Assembly (NCBI RefSeq): GCF_009914755.1
Contig: NC_060938.1
DNA: 64,000 nt
Direction: 5' to 3' (one strand)
Origin: the human T2T-CHM13v2.0 reference genome, Homo sapiens
This document shows, in pieces, positions 1 to 19,331 of the stretch (position 1 is its first letter; each line of letters opens with the position of its first letter). The notes beneath the pieces were generated by a model. It was not told the origin of the DNA. It was given only the letters and a program-made list of their open reading frames with translations, and did no database searches. Made by a program: the position numbers and the translations under genes.

Positions 1-195
1 GCTATTCTCCTGCCTCAGACTCCCGAGTAGCTGGGATTACAGGCACCCACCACCATGCCTGGCTAATTTTTGTATTTTTAGTAGAGACGGGGTTTCACCA
101 TGTTGTCCAGGCTGGTCCCGAACTCCTGACCTCAAGTGATACACCTCAGCCTCCCAAAGTACTAGGATAACAGGCATGAGCCACCATGGCCAGCC
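1..195 (-). mobile_element. Alu (cut by window edge)
   Basis: Antisense Alu sequence. Confidence 0.9.
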
Positions 196-504
196 TATAG
201 CAGGTAATTTAGTCCAGTCCTTATCAGATGCATGAGACCCCTCTAAAAGATGCTATCAAGTCATAATCTTTCTGATTTTCTTTTCTGGCCCAAGGTCAGG
301 TCATCAGGCAGTAGGTTAATTACATGAAGATGTGTTCCTGTACCTTCTCCTTTGCATTTGTACTACCTCACATCTGGTACTAATACAAATAACTAAAACA
401 TGGACACAGTAGCATTTCTTTTCTGCATGAGATCAAGATATATTTTTATACAGTTATGTCATTAATACTGGAAAACATTTTATGCTTTTAATAATCAACA
501 CTTT

Positions 505-715
505 TTGATGCTTATTCTGTTGGGCCCTATTCTAAGAGCTTTATGGAAATTAACTAATGTAATCCTCCCAACAACCCTATAAGATGGGTATTATTATCCA
601 GATTTCACAGATAAGGAAACTGAGGCAGAGAAGTCAAGTAACTTGCCAAAGGTCACAGCGAGTAGCAGAGCCAGGGTTATAACCAGGCATTCTAACGCCA
701 TCGTTACTAACCACA
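505..715 (-). mobile_element. MIR
   Basis: MIR core ATTTCACAGATAAGGAAACTGAGGCAGAGA...AACTTGCCAAAGGTCACAG. Confidence 0.8.
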
Positions 716-1149
716 GAGGCATAGCGCTTCTCACAAATGACAAATGTTTTAGCACTGGGTACTCTTTGCCCAGTCATGCCAAAGAATGGAAATGGCAATA
801 GTATTGACAAGTTTTTCTCTATTTGTCTACTAGAAATCTGAAAGTTTCCTAGCAACCTCATCTTTCCACTACATCTGACTGAACCCGAAAGGAAGGCTGA
901 GTATTCCATAGCAAGCTGTTACTTAAAAGATAAAGCAGGTACCTTTGTGATGTAAAAGTAGCAGATCAGATCCTTCAGATCAATTAGTCTCATTTATCTC
1001 ACTGCCTCCAAAGGTCTAGTTACTGAAATGATATATCTTTTGATATAACACGTGGAATCCTCAAAGTAAGCAGCAGTTTGAAATACTTGTTTTTGTGAGG
1101 GTCAGATGACCAAATCACTTGCATCTTTTAAGTATTCAGTATGCATGTT

Positions 1150-1360
1150 ACAGACATTGTTTATGAGTGATTTACATTTATTCTTCACAACAGTCCTGGG
1201 AGGCAGGTATTATACTGCTACTAGTGTCATTTTACAGAAGAAACCTGAAACACATAGGAATAACTTGTCCATAGTCACATAGCCAGTATGTGAAAGAGCC
1301 GATTTGAACCTAGGATGTTGGCTTCAGATCTCCAGCTTTTTATCATTCTATACTGCTTCT
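1150..1360 (-). mobile_element. MIR
   Basis: CATTTTACAGAAGAAAC...TAACTTGTCCATAGTCACATAGC...GATTTGAACC. Confidence 0.7.
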
Positions 1361-1475
1361 CAAAAAGGAGAGTAATTTGAGGGAAATCATTGAGAGTTGC
1401 CAGTTTTATTAGTCTTGAGGCAGTGATTTAAGAAAATTATTTCAGTTTTGTTTTGTTTTATAAATGCTTTATGTA

Positions 1476-1875
1476 GGCTGGGAGTGGTGGCATCTGTAAT
1501 CCCAGCACTTTGGGAGGCAGAGATGGGAGGATAGCCTGAGCCCAGGAGTTCATGACCAGCCTGGGCAACATGGCGAGACCCCATTTCTATTAAAAAGGGG
1601 TGGCTCATGCTACTCCCAGCACTTTGGGAGTCTGAGGTGGGCAGATCACTTGAAGCCAGGAGTTCAAGACCAGCCTGGCCAACGTGGTGAAACCCTGTCT
1701 CTACTAAAAATAGAAAAATTAGCCACGGCTGGTGGTGCATGCCTGTAATCCCAGCTACTCAGGAGGCTGAGGGAGGAGAATCGCTTGAACCCAGGAGGGA
1801 GAGTGGCAGTGAGCCAAGATCGCATGGGCCACAAGAGCAAGATTCCATTGCAAAAAAAAAAAAAAAAAAAAAAAA
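1476..1875 (+). mobile_element. Alu left monomer followed by Alu with A-tail
   Basis: Alu consensus motifs, long poly(A). Confidence 0.88.
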
Positions 1876-2325
1876 GGTTATGTAATGCAAGGTTTGTGAG
1901 GTTGCCACTGGTATTGCAAAGTTTTCTTAATGAAGTTGATTCATCTCTTTTTATACTTCAAATTCTAGTATTTTGGGATTTGGTAAGCAAATGTTCAGTC
2001 CATCTCTATCTTTCAAGATTATATTGCCTTTTGCCTTGATAGAAGAAATAGTAAAATAATTAGAGTAGGATTAATGTAGTAAATTCAGTATTTCCAAATG
2101 TAATTACTATATTTCAGATTGCAGGTTTAATCTGCTTTTTGATTAGGAGCTATTTATCCAAGTTGTGGATTATTTCTAGTTTGTGGCTATTTAATAGTTC
2201 AAAGCATTTTTTAGGTAAGGTAAAGAGGGAAAAGTGAAATATATTTTTTAATCTGTTAGCTCTTGGATTGAGGAAGAGGTTGAAATTGATGGTTAGGAGA
2301 CCTGTGTGTGATAGCAGATCATCAT

Positions 2326-2660
<335 letters not shown>

Positions 2661-3226
2661 TAATACAAAAAGCAGTGAGTACAGGATTACTTAGTGAGAT
2701 GAATGGCAAATAGAGTAAGTGCTTCAGGGATTTTAGGGAGTGGACATTCTAGGATTCATAACTAGGAAACACTCGCTTCCAGAGATGAGAAAAATAGAGC
2801 TATATCCTACAATGATTTGATAGGTGATTTTATTTGCAACTATATGTGAAATGAAGTAATCCTGTTGAGACTTTTCACCAAAACATGCCAGATATTTTTT
2901 CAAAAGTGCCAGTATAGGGAACAGAAAACTGAATTACAGAATCATGTAATTCATGGAGCTTTAGTCCCCATGTAAATTTTCTGGTTTTAAAGATGCTACC
3001 AGTTTTTAAGTTGTCTCGTTTTTTAATATTAAATTGTTCTTAATACCAGTTTTAAAGTAAAAGTTGTGATTCCTTGAAGGTTAGAATTTGGTTCTATTTC
3101 AAAATTTGTACAGTTAACAGAAAGCTTTTCTTTGGGGAAGTGCAGTCATCAGATAAAGTGCTTCTATGAGTAACTGTACCCACAAAGCCATGGAACCAGC
3201 ATATTTGTTCATGGTGAGTAGGATTA

Positions 3227-3565
<339 letters not shown>

Positions 3566-4283
3566 TTATCTAGTGTTGATTCCCATCTTGATGGATTTAA
3601 CATTCTCAATCTCCAAAACACTGGCAGAAAAACTTACCACAATACCATGTCTCATCTTTGCAGCAAATATGTGCCATCATTTAATAAATTTTCCAACATA
3701 AAAAGAAGTGCCATATAATTTTGGACCATGATTGGGAATCATGATGCATTTGTATTTATGCTTTCCTCTAAGGCAGTGAATAGGTCTTAGACTGTGGCTG
3801 TATGTACATTAGAATTACCCAAAGAAAACTTCTTACATTTAAACAATGCCAGGGTCCCTTTCCAACCAGTTACATCTCTGGGATGGACCCCAAGCAATCT
3901 TCAAATGATTCTCTCAGGGTTGCAAATCACTGGTCCATGGGTTTTTATGTGCCGTTTACCAAAAACTCAACTGTCATGAGAATTGGGCTTGTCTTTGGAA
4001 CAGCTTCAACAAATACGTTGCAGTTTAATTCACCCTAGCCATCCTAATTGCAAATCTTTAGAGTTGTCTCTTTTGATTTCGAGTCCTCTCCTCCAGTTTG
4101 TCCTGAATATACTTCTATCAGGCTTTTGCCTCCTACTCTACCAAAACTGCTGTCCTGTCAGGAAGTTGCTGGTCACTTACACATAACTAAATCCAATGGT
4201 CAAGTCTCAGTCCTCAAATTACTATTACTATTAGTTTTTGACACTCCCTGTCCTTGAGATACTTTCTTCAGTTGTCTTCCTGA

Positions 4284-4990
<707 letters not shown>

Positions 4991-5086
4991 TAAGTCTTTG
5001 CTAGTTCCTTGTTGGAGATCTGCTCAACCTCTAAATGTTGGAGTGCCCCAGTTCTTTTTTCTGTGTGTACTCCTTTGGACATCTCA

Positions 5087-5425
<339 letters not shown>

Positions 5426-5718
5426 TCACTACCTTGGATCCCTCTCCTGAGCTCCAGACTTGACTATCCAGTTGCCTACTTGATAGGCCTTGACATGGTG
5501 CTTGGTAATATGTCTTACCAGGCACATGAAATTGAACCTATTCAAATCTAAGCTGCCGATCTCTCCACCCATCAAAATCTGTTCCTCGAGTTTCCTACGA
5601 GTCTGTTATCATCCATGTGGTCAGGGGGATCCTTTTAAAATGTTACTCCTCTCAAAAATCCTCCCATAGCTTCCCTTCTCAGAATGAAAAGCAAAGTCCT
5701 TCACATGGCAAGTCCTAA

Positions 5719-6061
<343 letters not shown>

Positions 6062-6508
6062 TTGACTTCATTTTCTACTACTCCCTCTGCCCTTGACTCC
6101 ACTCCAGACACTGGTCTTCCTGCTGATTCTTGAACTCACCAGAATACGCTGCACTCAGTGTGTCTTCTGCCTGGATGCTCCACCCTGGCCTGCTGAAATG
6201 TCACCTTAGTAAGGCTGCCTCTGATGACCCCTATTTGAAATTAACCATCCACTTTCCGTTTTTCTCCATAGCACTTAGCACCATGTACTATGTTATATAT
6301 TTTGTCAGAATCTGAAGTCTATGATAGCAGAAATTTTGTCTCTTTGTGCAGTGCTGCGGGCCCTATGCCTAGAACAGTGCCCAGCACATAGCAGTTGCTC
6401 AGTAATATTTTTATTGAATAATTCTTATTGCCACTGAACACTTCTTGCTAGACCACAAAGCAATCTAGTTCACTGTCCAGATAGAATAAAGGTTAAAAGT
6501 TAACATCT

Positions 6509-6822
<314 letters not shown>

Positions 6823-7029
6823 TTACTGTTAAATGCATAGTACAATCTGTCCCATCTTCTAGTTTAATTGTTGAGCTCTTTCATATTTCAGCATGTAGGG
6901 GTATATTATCTTCAAGGCCAAGATTTAAAATGAGTATCTCAACTTACTTATTTATTTTAGATCCAGGGACAGACCAGAAATTTTTTACTGACAGTTCTTG
7001 TAATATTGGTTGTCTTGGAATTTTCTTTA

Positions 7030-8125
7030 TTTTTTGTTTTTATTTTTAGAGATAGGGTTTCACCACGTTGCCAGGCTGGTCTCAGAGCCCTGGGTTCAAG
7101 CGATCTGCCCACCTTGGCCACTCAAAGTGCTGGGATTACAGATGTGAACCACCATGCCTGGCCAATTTTCTTTACTGATGCAGAGAAAAACACATTCACA
7201 AATAAGGTTTAAGTGGTGGTTAGAGTCCCTGAGAAATTCTCAAGCTACAATCATGAAGATAATGGTTTTTTAAACCACCTAACATGCAGCAAGTATCACA
7301 GCTCTTTTTTTTTTAAGAGATGGGGTCTTGCTATGTTGCCCAGGCTGGTTTCAAGCTCCTGGGGCTCAAGCAATCCTTCTGCCTCAGCCTCCCAAGGTGC
7401 CGGGATTACAGGTGTGAGCCACCATGCCTGGCCAAGTGTCACAACTCTTAGAGCTACAGCACACAATTCCAGTACTCTGGTGTTCAATATCTTGGACTCA
7501 TAAAGCACTCATTTAAACTACTGTTTCTAGAAGTTACTTCTATCCCCAGTAGAATTTTTTGCATTGGAATAAATCTCTATTTAAAACTGCACCCTATGGC
7601 CTGTTACTATCCCAATGTCAGCTGCTACTTTTTAAAAGATTTAAATAGAAGCTTACTGTCTAACTTCAGTTTCCTGGGCCATGTCTTTAAATAGAGCAAT
7701 TCTGATCTCAAAGGTCACCTGAGAAGTGGAGTACTTATAGCAACATTGTGAAATTCATTTTATACTTTGAAAATAACACACTGGCTATAGGGCCATTGTT
7801 TTCAAGGTTAGGCACATCAGTTTCAGAAATACCTCTTCTCTTTTTTTATGGCATCTTATTTCTTAGCCTCCCAAGGTGCTGGGATTACAGGTGTGAGCCA
7901 CTGTGCCTGGCCAAGGTGGCTCCTTTTTTATGGTATCTTATTTCATATTTAGCCCAGCTCTCCTACTCTCTGGAAGTTGCATTATCATTCTTTTTCTTGT
8001 TTTCTTTTTTGAAACAAGGTCTTGCTCTGTTGTCCAGGCTTGTCTAGAACTCCTGGGCTCAAGGGATCCTCCCACCTCCCCCTCCCAAAGTGCTAGGATT
8101 ACCAGGGAGAGCCACCGTGCTGGGC
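7030..8125 (-). mobile_element. Four FLAM/Alu-left-arm fragments (7030-7163, 7305-7433, 7862-7912, 7990-8125)
   Basis: Antisense monomer motifs. Confidence 0.8.
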
Positions 8126-8314
8126 TTTTCCTCCTCCTTCTGACAAAGTGGTTGGATGGGAAATGTGGATTTTTTTTGCTCTGCTTTTAAAGTCTGAACT
8201 GGTTATTTTTTGCCCTGAATTACTAACACGACAGTGTTTTAAACTGTTAATATGGCTGCTCTGTTCTTATTAAATCTAAAGCATAACTTTGTAAAATTAA
8301 AAATTGAAAGTTTT

Positions 8315-9900
<1,586 letters not shown>

Positions 9901-9979
9901 GATATAGTTTTGAACTGTGTGGTGCTCAACTACCAATCACAATAGTTCATACAAGGAATTGCTTGTAAAGATTTTGTCA

Positions 9980-10639
<660 letters not shown>

Positions 10640-10989
10640 ACAGGTTGTCTTATGTATGTATCTTATTGCAATATAAGAAATGATAGTCTATACTTACATT
10701 GATGGAACAATTTGAGAAACAGTTGCATCTTTAGGTTAAATAGAAACTAGATAAAAGTACTACATAATAAACTGAGGGCCACAGACATCTCCAACTGATT
10801 TTCTCATTTGGAAGAAAACATAAACTTTATTTCCTTTAGAAGTACAGGCTTTTTCAATTAAAAAATTCAAAAGTTCTCCTGAAGCAAATGTTTAAACTGA
10901 AACCTAAAGGATAAGTAGATAGACAAAGGAGGTCATTTGGCCCAGGATTTGAAAGGCAACTAGTGGCAGAAGCATAAATCCTGAGTCTA

Positions 10990-11335
10990 AGCTGGGCATG
11001 GTGGCTCAGGCCTGTAATTCCAGCTCTTGGGGAGGCTGAGCTGAAGAGGATCACTTGAGGCCAGGAATTAGAAAACAGCCTAGGCAACGTAACTGAGACC
11101 TCCCCCGTCTCAAAAAAAAAAAAAAAATAGCCAAGCGTGATTGCATGCACCTGTAGTCCTGGCTACTCTATAGGCCAAGTGGGAAGACTGCTTGAGCCAT
11201 GAAAAATCTTGAGCTATTGAACTCAAGATTGCTTGAGCCCTTACCTTCCAAATGAGTTTGAAGTTGCAGCGAGCTATGTTCATGACACTGCACTCCAGCC
11301 TGCATGACAGAGACCATCTCAAAAAAAAAAAAAAA
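10990..11335 (+). mobile_element. AluJ with internal insertions
   Basis: J diagnostics (TTGAGCCC, GAGCTATG). Confidence 0.85.
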
Positions 11336-11778
11336 TCCTCTGATTCTGAATGCCCATTTCTAAATGGAGAGGCGGGGGAATTGATTTCCTCACATACATT
11401 TTTTTTCCTACTTTTCCAAAGTAAGTTTTTCTTCCCAAAAAGGTTTAAATGTCTTAAAATTAATTTTGCACCAACCTAATATTATAGCCAAGCAACCACA
11501 ACCTATTATAAAAAAGTTCTCGTCCTTGGCCACAGAATTCTATTATTAAAATAAACATTTCTGTGACGCAAAAGGACTTACTTTTAGAAAACACATCTAT
11601 CTTGCATAAATTCCATATGTTTCACATTTTAAAAGATTTATCTAAGTCTAATGTCAAGCTTATTTTTAGGTAGGATTGTGCGGCTGACTTTCCTGTTCAA
11701 AAGTAAAGTTGGAGCTGTTTCAAAGAGTAACTTTATTCTGCTTGCCTGTGGCTGTTTGTACCACAGAAGGCAGATTTG

Positions 11779-12714
<936 letters not shown>

Positions 12715-12971
12715 CTATACTGGTCCATCTTTGTCAAACACATGGCTTACTTATGAAGAAGACAGTATTAGAATTGAAATCAGTATTAAAATTAATTAAA
12801 AGACCAATCTTATAAATCAGAACCTAAAAACACTGGGACACAAACACAAATATTATCTTGAAATTTCTTCTTTATAACCACATTTTCCAAAGGAGGAAAC
12901 ATAAAATGTTCAGAGAAAAGGTTCAAATATCAGTTTAACAATGTGCTCTCTTTTCAGTATATACAGGTAAG

Positions 12972-13270
12972 TTTTTTTCTTTTCTTTTTTGAGATGGAGT
13001 TTCGCTCTTGTTGCCCAGTCTGGTGTGCAATGGCACCACTGGCTCACTGCAACTTCTGCCTCCCAGGTTCAAGCTATTCTCCTGCCTCAGCCTCCCAAGT
13101 AGCTGGGAATACAGGCATGTGCCACCACACCAGGCAAATTTTGTATTTTTAGTAGAGACTGGGTTGCTCCATGTTGGTTGGGCTGGTCTCGAACCCTCGA
13201 CCTCAGGTGATCCGCCCACCTCGGCCTCCCAAAGTGCTGGGAATACAGCCATCAGCCACCGCGCCCAACC
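12972..13270 (-). mobile_element. AluS
   Basis: Full antisense dimer. Confidence 0.9.
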
Positions 13271-13521
13271 AGTTTTTTCTTTAATGATTGTATAGAGATA
13301 ACAGTACTATAATAAATAAGTTAAATGTTAGAAACATCAACATAAACTAAACAAAGATAATTTCTGACCATCCATAACTTTTTCTAGTTGGCATTGTTTT
13401 GATTGCCCAAGAGTACTTAGTGGAAGGCTGCTTGCTGTTCCAACTAAAACAATATTTCAAGGATATGAAAAAGTGTGTAAATTGAGTTTCACTTAAATTA
13501 TTTCACAATAAAAGTGATTCA

Positions 13522-14493
<972 letters not shown>

Positions 14494-15374
14494 TCACCTT
14501 TTATCAGCTTAAAAAAAATCTAAAGGCTATTTATGTAACCCAGTTTGTCAATGGTTAGCTCTGTAATCTGAGGGCAAATACTTATCCTTAGATTTATCTC
14601 TGAAATAAATCACATAATTTGTAAAGTGACTTCCAACTCTAAAATTCCATGACTATTTGTATTTTACTAGGTACATGCTACTTGATTTCTTTGCATTGAA
14701 GCTATCTAAATCAGGAAGGATGCACAGCAAATAAAAATGCCTTAGTCCCACTGACGAGCAGAAAAGAAACACACACACATACATATTTTAGGAATATATA
14801 TTTTTAAAAGGATTCAATAATCTTTTTAAAGCAAAATCAAAGTATGGCTACAGGAGGAGAGGAAATATCCAAATTGTAATCAATGCAGATTGTTTACTTA
14901 AGGCCTTATATTTGTACCTGTATAAATACCATATCACAGCACAAAAACATACCCCATCTGGCTCTCTTAAGGTACATGATAAATCAGACTAATGCACATT
15001 CATCAAAGTGGCATCATCTCAGGATATGTGCATATTTGACGTGGGTATGAATTCAGGGTTTCCTTGGGTCTCTTTCAAGGACTCTCCTTTCTCGTCGGTA
15101 TTTCTATTTCCTTATTTTCCTTCTGTTTATGAAGAACTGTTATTTTTATATTTAATGCCCAATTTTCACTACTTGTTCATGTCAGTTCTCTGAAATGTTA
15201 CTGCCTATGAACCGTGACATGTACTCTTTATAACAGAACCAGAAGTTAAAAGATGTAGACATCACACAAATCAATGATTATTTTAAAAATAGAAAACAAT
15301 GATAAAAATTCAGTTGCCAACTTAGAGGATTTTATACATTATGAAGTGTTCTATTTTCCTTCCAGGGTCTGAAA

Positions 15375-15402
15375 TTTATTTCTCAAGAAAACAGATTTTA
15401 TT
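15375..15402 (-). terminator. Two candidate proximal GON7 poly(A) signals (AATAAA at 15375-15380 and 15397-15402)
   Basis: TTTATT twice on + strand ~180-200 nt past the GON7 stop; usage not provable from sequence. Confidence 0.45.
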
Positions 15403-15577
15403 TCTAAGCCTTTACTATCTTTGCTAGAAACAGAAAAACCAGTTTTCTCTTTGACAAAATTGTCCCAGGAGAACAACACAAATGCTTTTTCCAAATTAGA
15501 GCATAAGTCTTCCTTAAATGTCCTAGTGTGACAATAAGGATACAACAGCCATCTTTTAAATGTCATGAAGGCTATTG

Positions 15578-15672
15578 TTAAGACGGTGTTTTTGGCCGTT
15601 TTGCAGATGGTCCATCGAAGTTAGTTCTGTTATCAATGTTATTTTCATCTTCTGCATCATCTTCATCATCAC
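15578..15672 (-). CDS. GON7: GON7 coding exon 2, (G)[30 protein letters not shown]
   Basis: Acceptor ...TTTAAAAG| before 15672; 95 nt ending TAA (15578-15580); 208+95=303 nt = 100 aa + stop; phase matches exon 1. Confidence 0.95.
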
Positions 15673-15810
15673 CTTTTAAAATAAATATTTGTTGTATGAC
15701 AATACGTTCTATGGCTGAAAGAAATATATATAGCTAAAGTGGTTGATAATGAGACCATTTCACTTTAGGGATTAATAAAACCTGCACATTTTAGATTAAA
15801 ATGATTTTGA

Positions 15811-16183
<373 letters not shown>

Positions 16184-17140
16184 AAAATCCACTCTTTTAA
16201 AAAGTGTACGGCCTAGTGGTTTTTAGTATATTCACTAGCTTGTGCAACCATCACCTAGAACACTTTCATCACTCCAAAGAGAAATGATATGCCCATTAGC
16301 AGTCGCTTTCCATTCCCCTCAGCCTTCGGCAACCACTAATCTACTTTTTTTCCCCCTTATTAGAGATAGGGTCTTGCTATGTTGCCCAGCTAGACTCAAA
16401 CTCCCAGGTTCAAGTGATCCTCCTGTCTCAGCCTCTAGAGTAGCTGGGACTACAGGTGCCCACCACTGCACCTGGCTCACTAATCTACTCTATCTCTATG
16501 GATTTGCCTATTCTGTACATTCATATAAACAAAATCATGCAACATGTACCCTTTTGTGTCTGGCTCTCACTTAGCATAATGTTTTCAAGGTTCATTCATG
16601 TTGTAGCACATGTTAATACTTCATTACTTTTTATTGCTAATAATAGTCCATTGTATGGATATACCACATTTTGTTAATGCACTCATCGGTTGATGGATAT
16701 TTGCATTATTTCTATTTTTTAAAATTATCATTTTTAGAGATGAAGAGATGAGGCCTCACTCTGTCCTCCAGGCTGGAGTGCAGTGGAGCAATCAGCCCAC
16801 TGCAGCTTCAAACTCTTGGGTTCACATGATCCTCCCACCTCCTAAAGGCGCAACACCAAGCCCAGCCAATTGTTGTTTCCACGTTTTAGCTACTATAAAT
16901 GCTGCTGTTATCAACATTCATGCGTAAGTTTTTGTGTGAACATACGTTTCCAGTTTTCTTGGGAGGACTACCAGTGGAACTGCTGGGTCATATGGTAACT
17001 TCATGTCAACTTTTTGAGGAGCTACCAAACTCTTTTTCCCAGTGGTTACACTGTTTTACATTTCCACCAACAATGTACAAGGTCTCCAATTTCTTCACAT
17101 TCCAGCCAACACTTGTTATTGTTCTTTTTGATTATAGCCA
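16184..17140 (-). mobile_element. Old L1M (L1MB-like) 3' fragment in the GON7 intron, with two Alu monomers inside
   Basis: TCACTTAGCATAATGTTTTCAAGGTTCATTCATGTTGTAGCA; CCATTGTATGGATATACCACATTTTG; GCTGGGTCATATGGTAAC. Confidence 0.85.
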
Positions 17141-17277
17141 ACATCCATATTATCAAGATGTATTTCCCAAGATGGAAGGAAAGTACAGTTTAAGCTCTTC
17201 TTACATAATTGTAAATCCTGACTCTAATATCTAGTTCTTGGGTTTTTCAGCTCAGGACGGTTAAAATGTACCTGCCT

Positions 17278-18578
<1,301 letters not shown>

Positions 18579-18719
18579 GCCAAAAATTTTTAGATGCAAT
18601 TCTTCTTTCCTCGAGGCTCACTTTGTCCAAGTCTGCCACTCTACACGGGCTCCCCAAGCCAATTTCCCCTGGGCGCCCGCCCCGTCCTCCGGTCACTGCA
18701 GCACCGTCTCAGAGCTCAC

Positions 18720-18927
18720 CGTCCAAGTCCTCGTCTGGAGCCGCCGCCACCCGGTGCTGCACTTCCCCCTGTACCAGAGGGTCGAATAATTCCGTTACCA
18801 TGTCCTTCATCTGGGCCACGCCAGACAACAGGCCCTGGAAAGGGTCGCCGTCACCCGGCGCCTCACAGGACACCCGCAGCTTCTGCGGCTTCCCTTCCTG
18901 CCCGACGTACTCTCCCAGCAGCTCCAT
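18720..18927 (-). CDS. GON7: GON7 (KEOPS complex subunit, C14orf142) coding exon 1, [10 protein letters not shown]...DEDLD-G
   Basis: ATG at 18927 in strong Kozak context (GTCACCATGG); donor G|GTGAG after 18720; 208 nt; peptide recognised as GON7. Confidence 0.96.
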
Positions 18928-19181
18928 GGTGACCGCTAAGCTTCCAGAACACGACACCGGGAAGCGCCACCCGGAGGCGGAAATCAGCCCGCGTCCGGCG
19001 CAGGCGGGAGAAGGGAGAGGAGTGACATCCGTTTGTCGGAAGTCGCTCCTCCCCCTTCCTTCGCTTTTTTTCCTTGTCATTGGTTCCTGGCACTCGGGCC
19101 CCACCTCCTCCGGCTACGCCCCTCGCGGCCGCTTTTCCCGCCTCCGCCGGGGCCGAGCCGCTGTTCGGCTGACAGTTGAGG

Positions 19182-19331
19182 ATGGCCGGAGCCGAGGGCG
19201 CCGCTGGGCGGCAGTCGGAGCTGGAGCCCGTGGTATCGTTGGTCGACGTCCTTGAGGAGGACGAGGAGCTGGAGAATGAGGCGTGCGCTGTCCTGGGCGG
19301 CAGCGACTCCGAGAAGTGCTCCTACTCTCAG
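19182..19331 (+). CDS. UBR7: UBR7 exon 1 (MAGAEGAAGR...CSYSQ)
   Basis: ATG in AGGATGG context; donor CAG|GTGGG; 150 nt. Confidence 0.96.

Noticed and set aside
196-500. Possible 3'UTR tail of an upstream neighbouring gene
   Set aside because: No coding sequence or clear poly(A) signal in the window to support it
18623-19255. 210-aa + strand ORF antisense to GON7 exon 1
   Set aside because: TTG start and low-complexity Ser/Pro/Arg content; long frames are expected in a GC-rich CpG island
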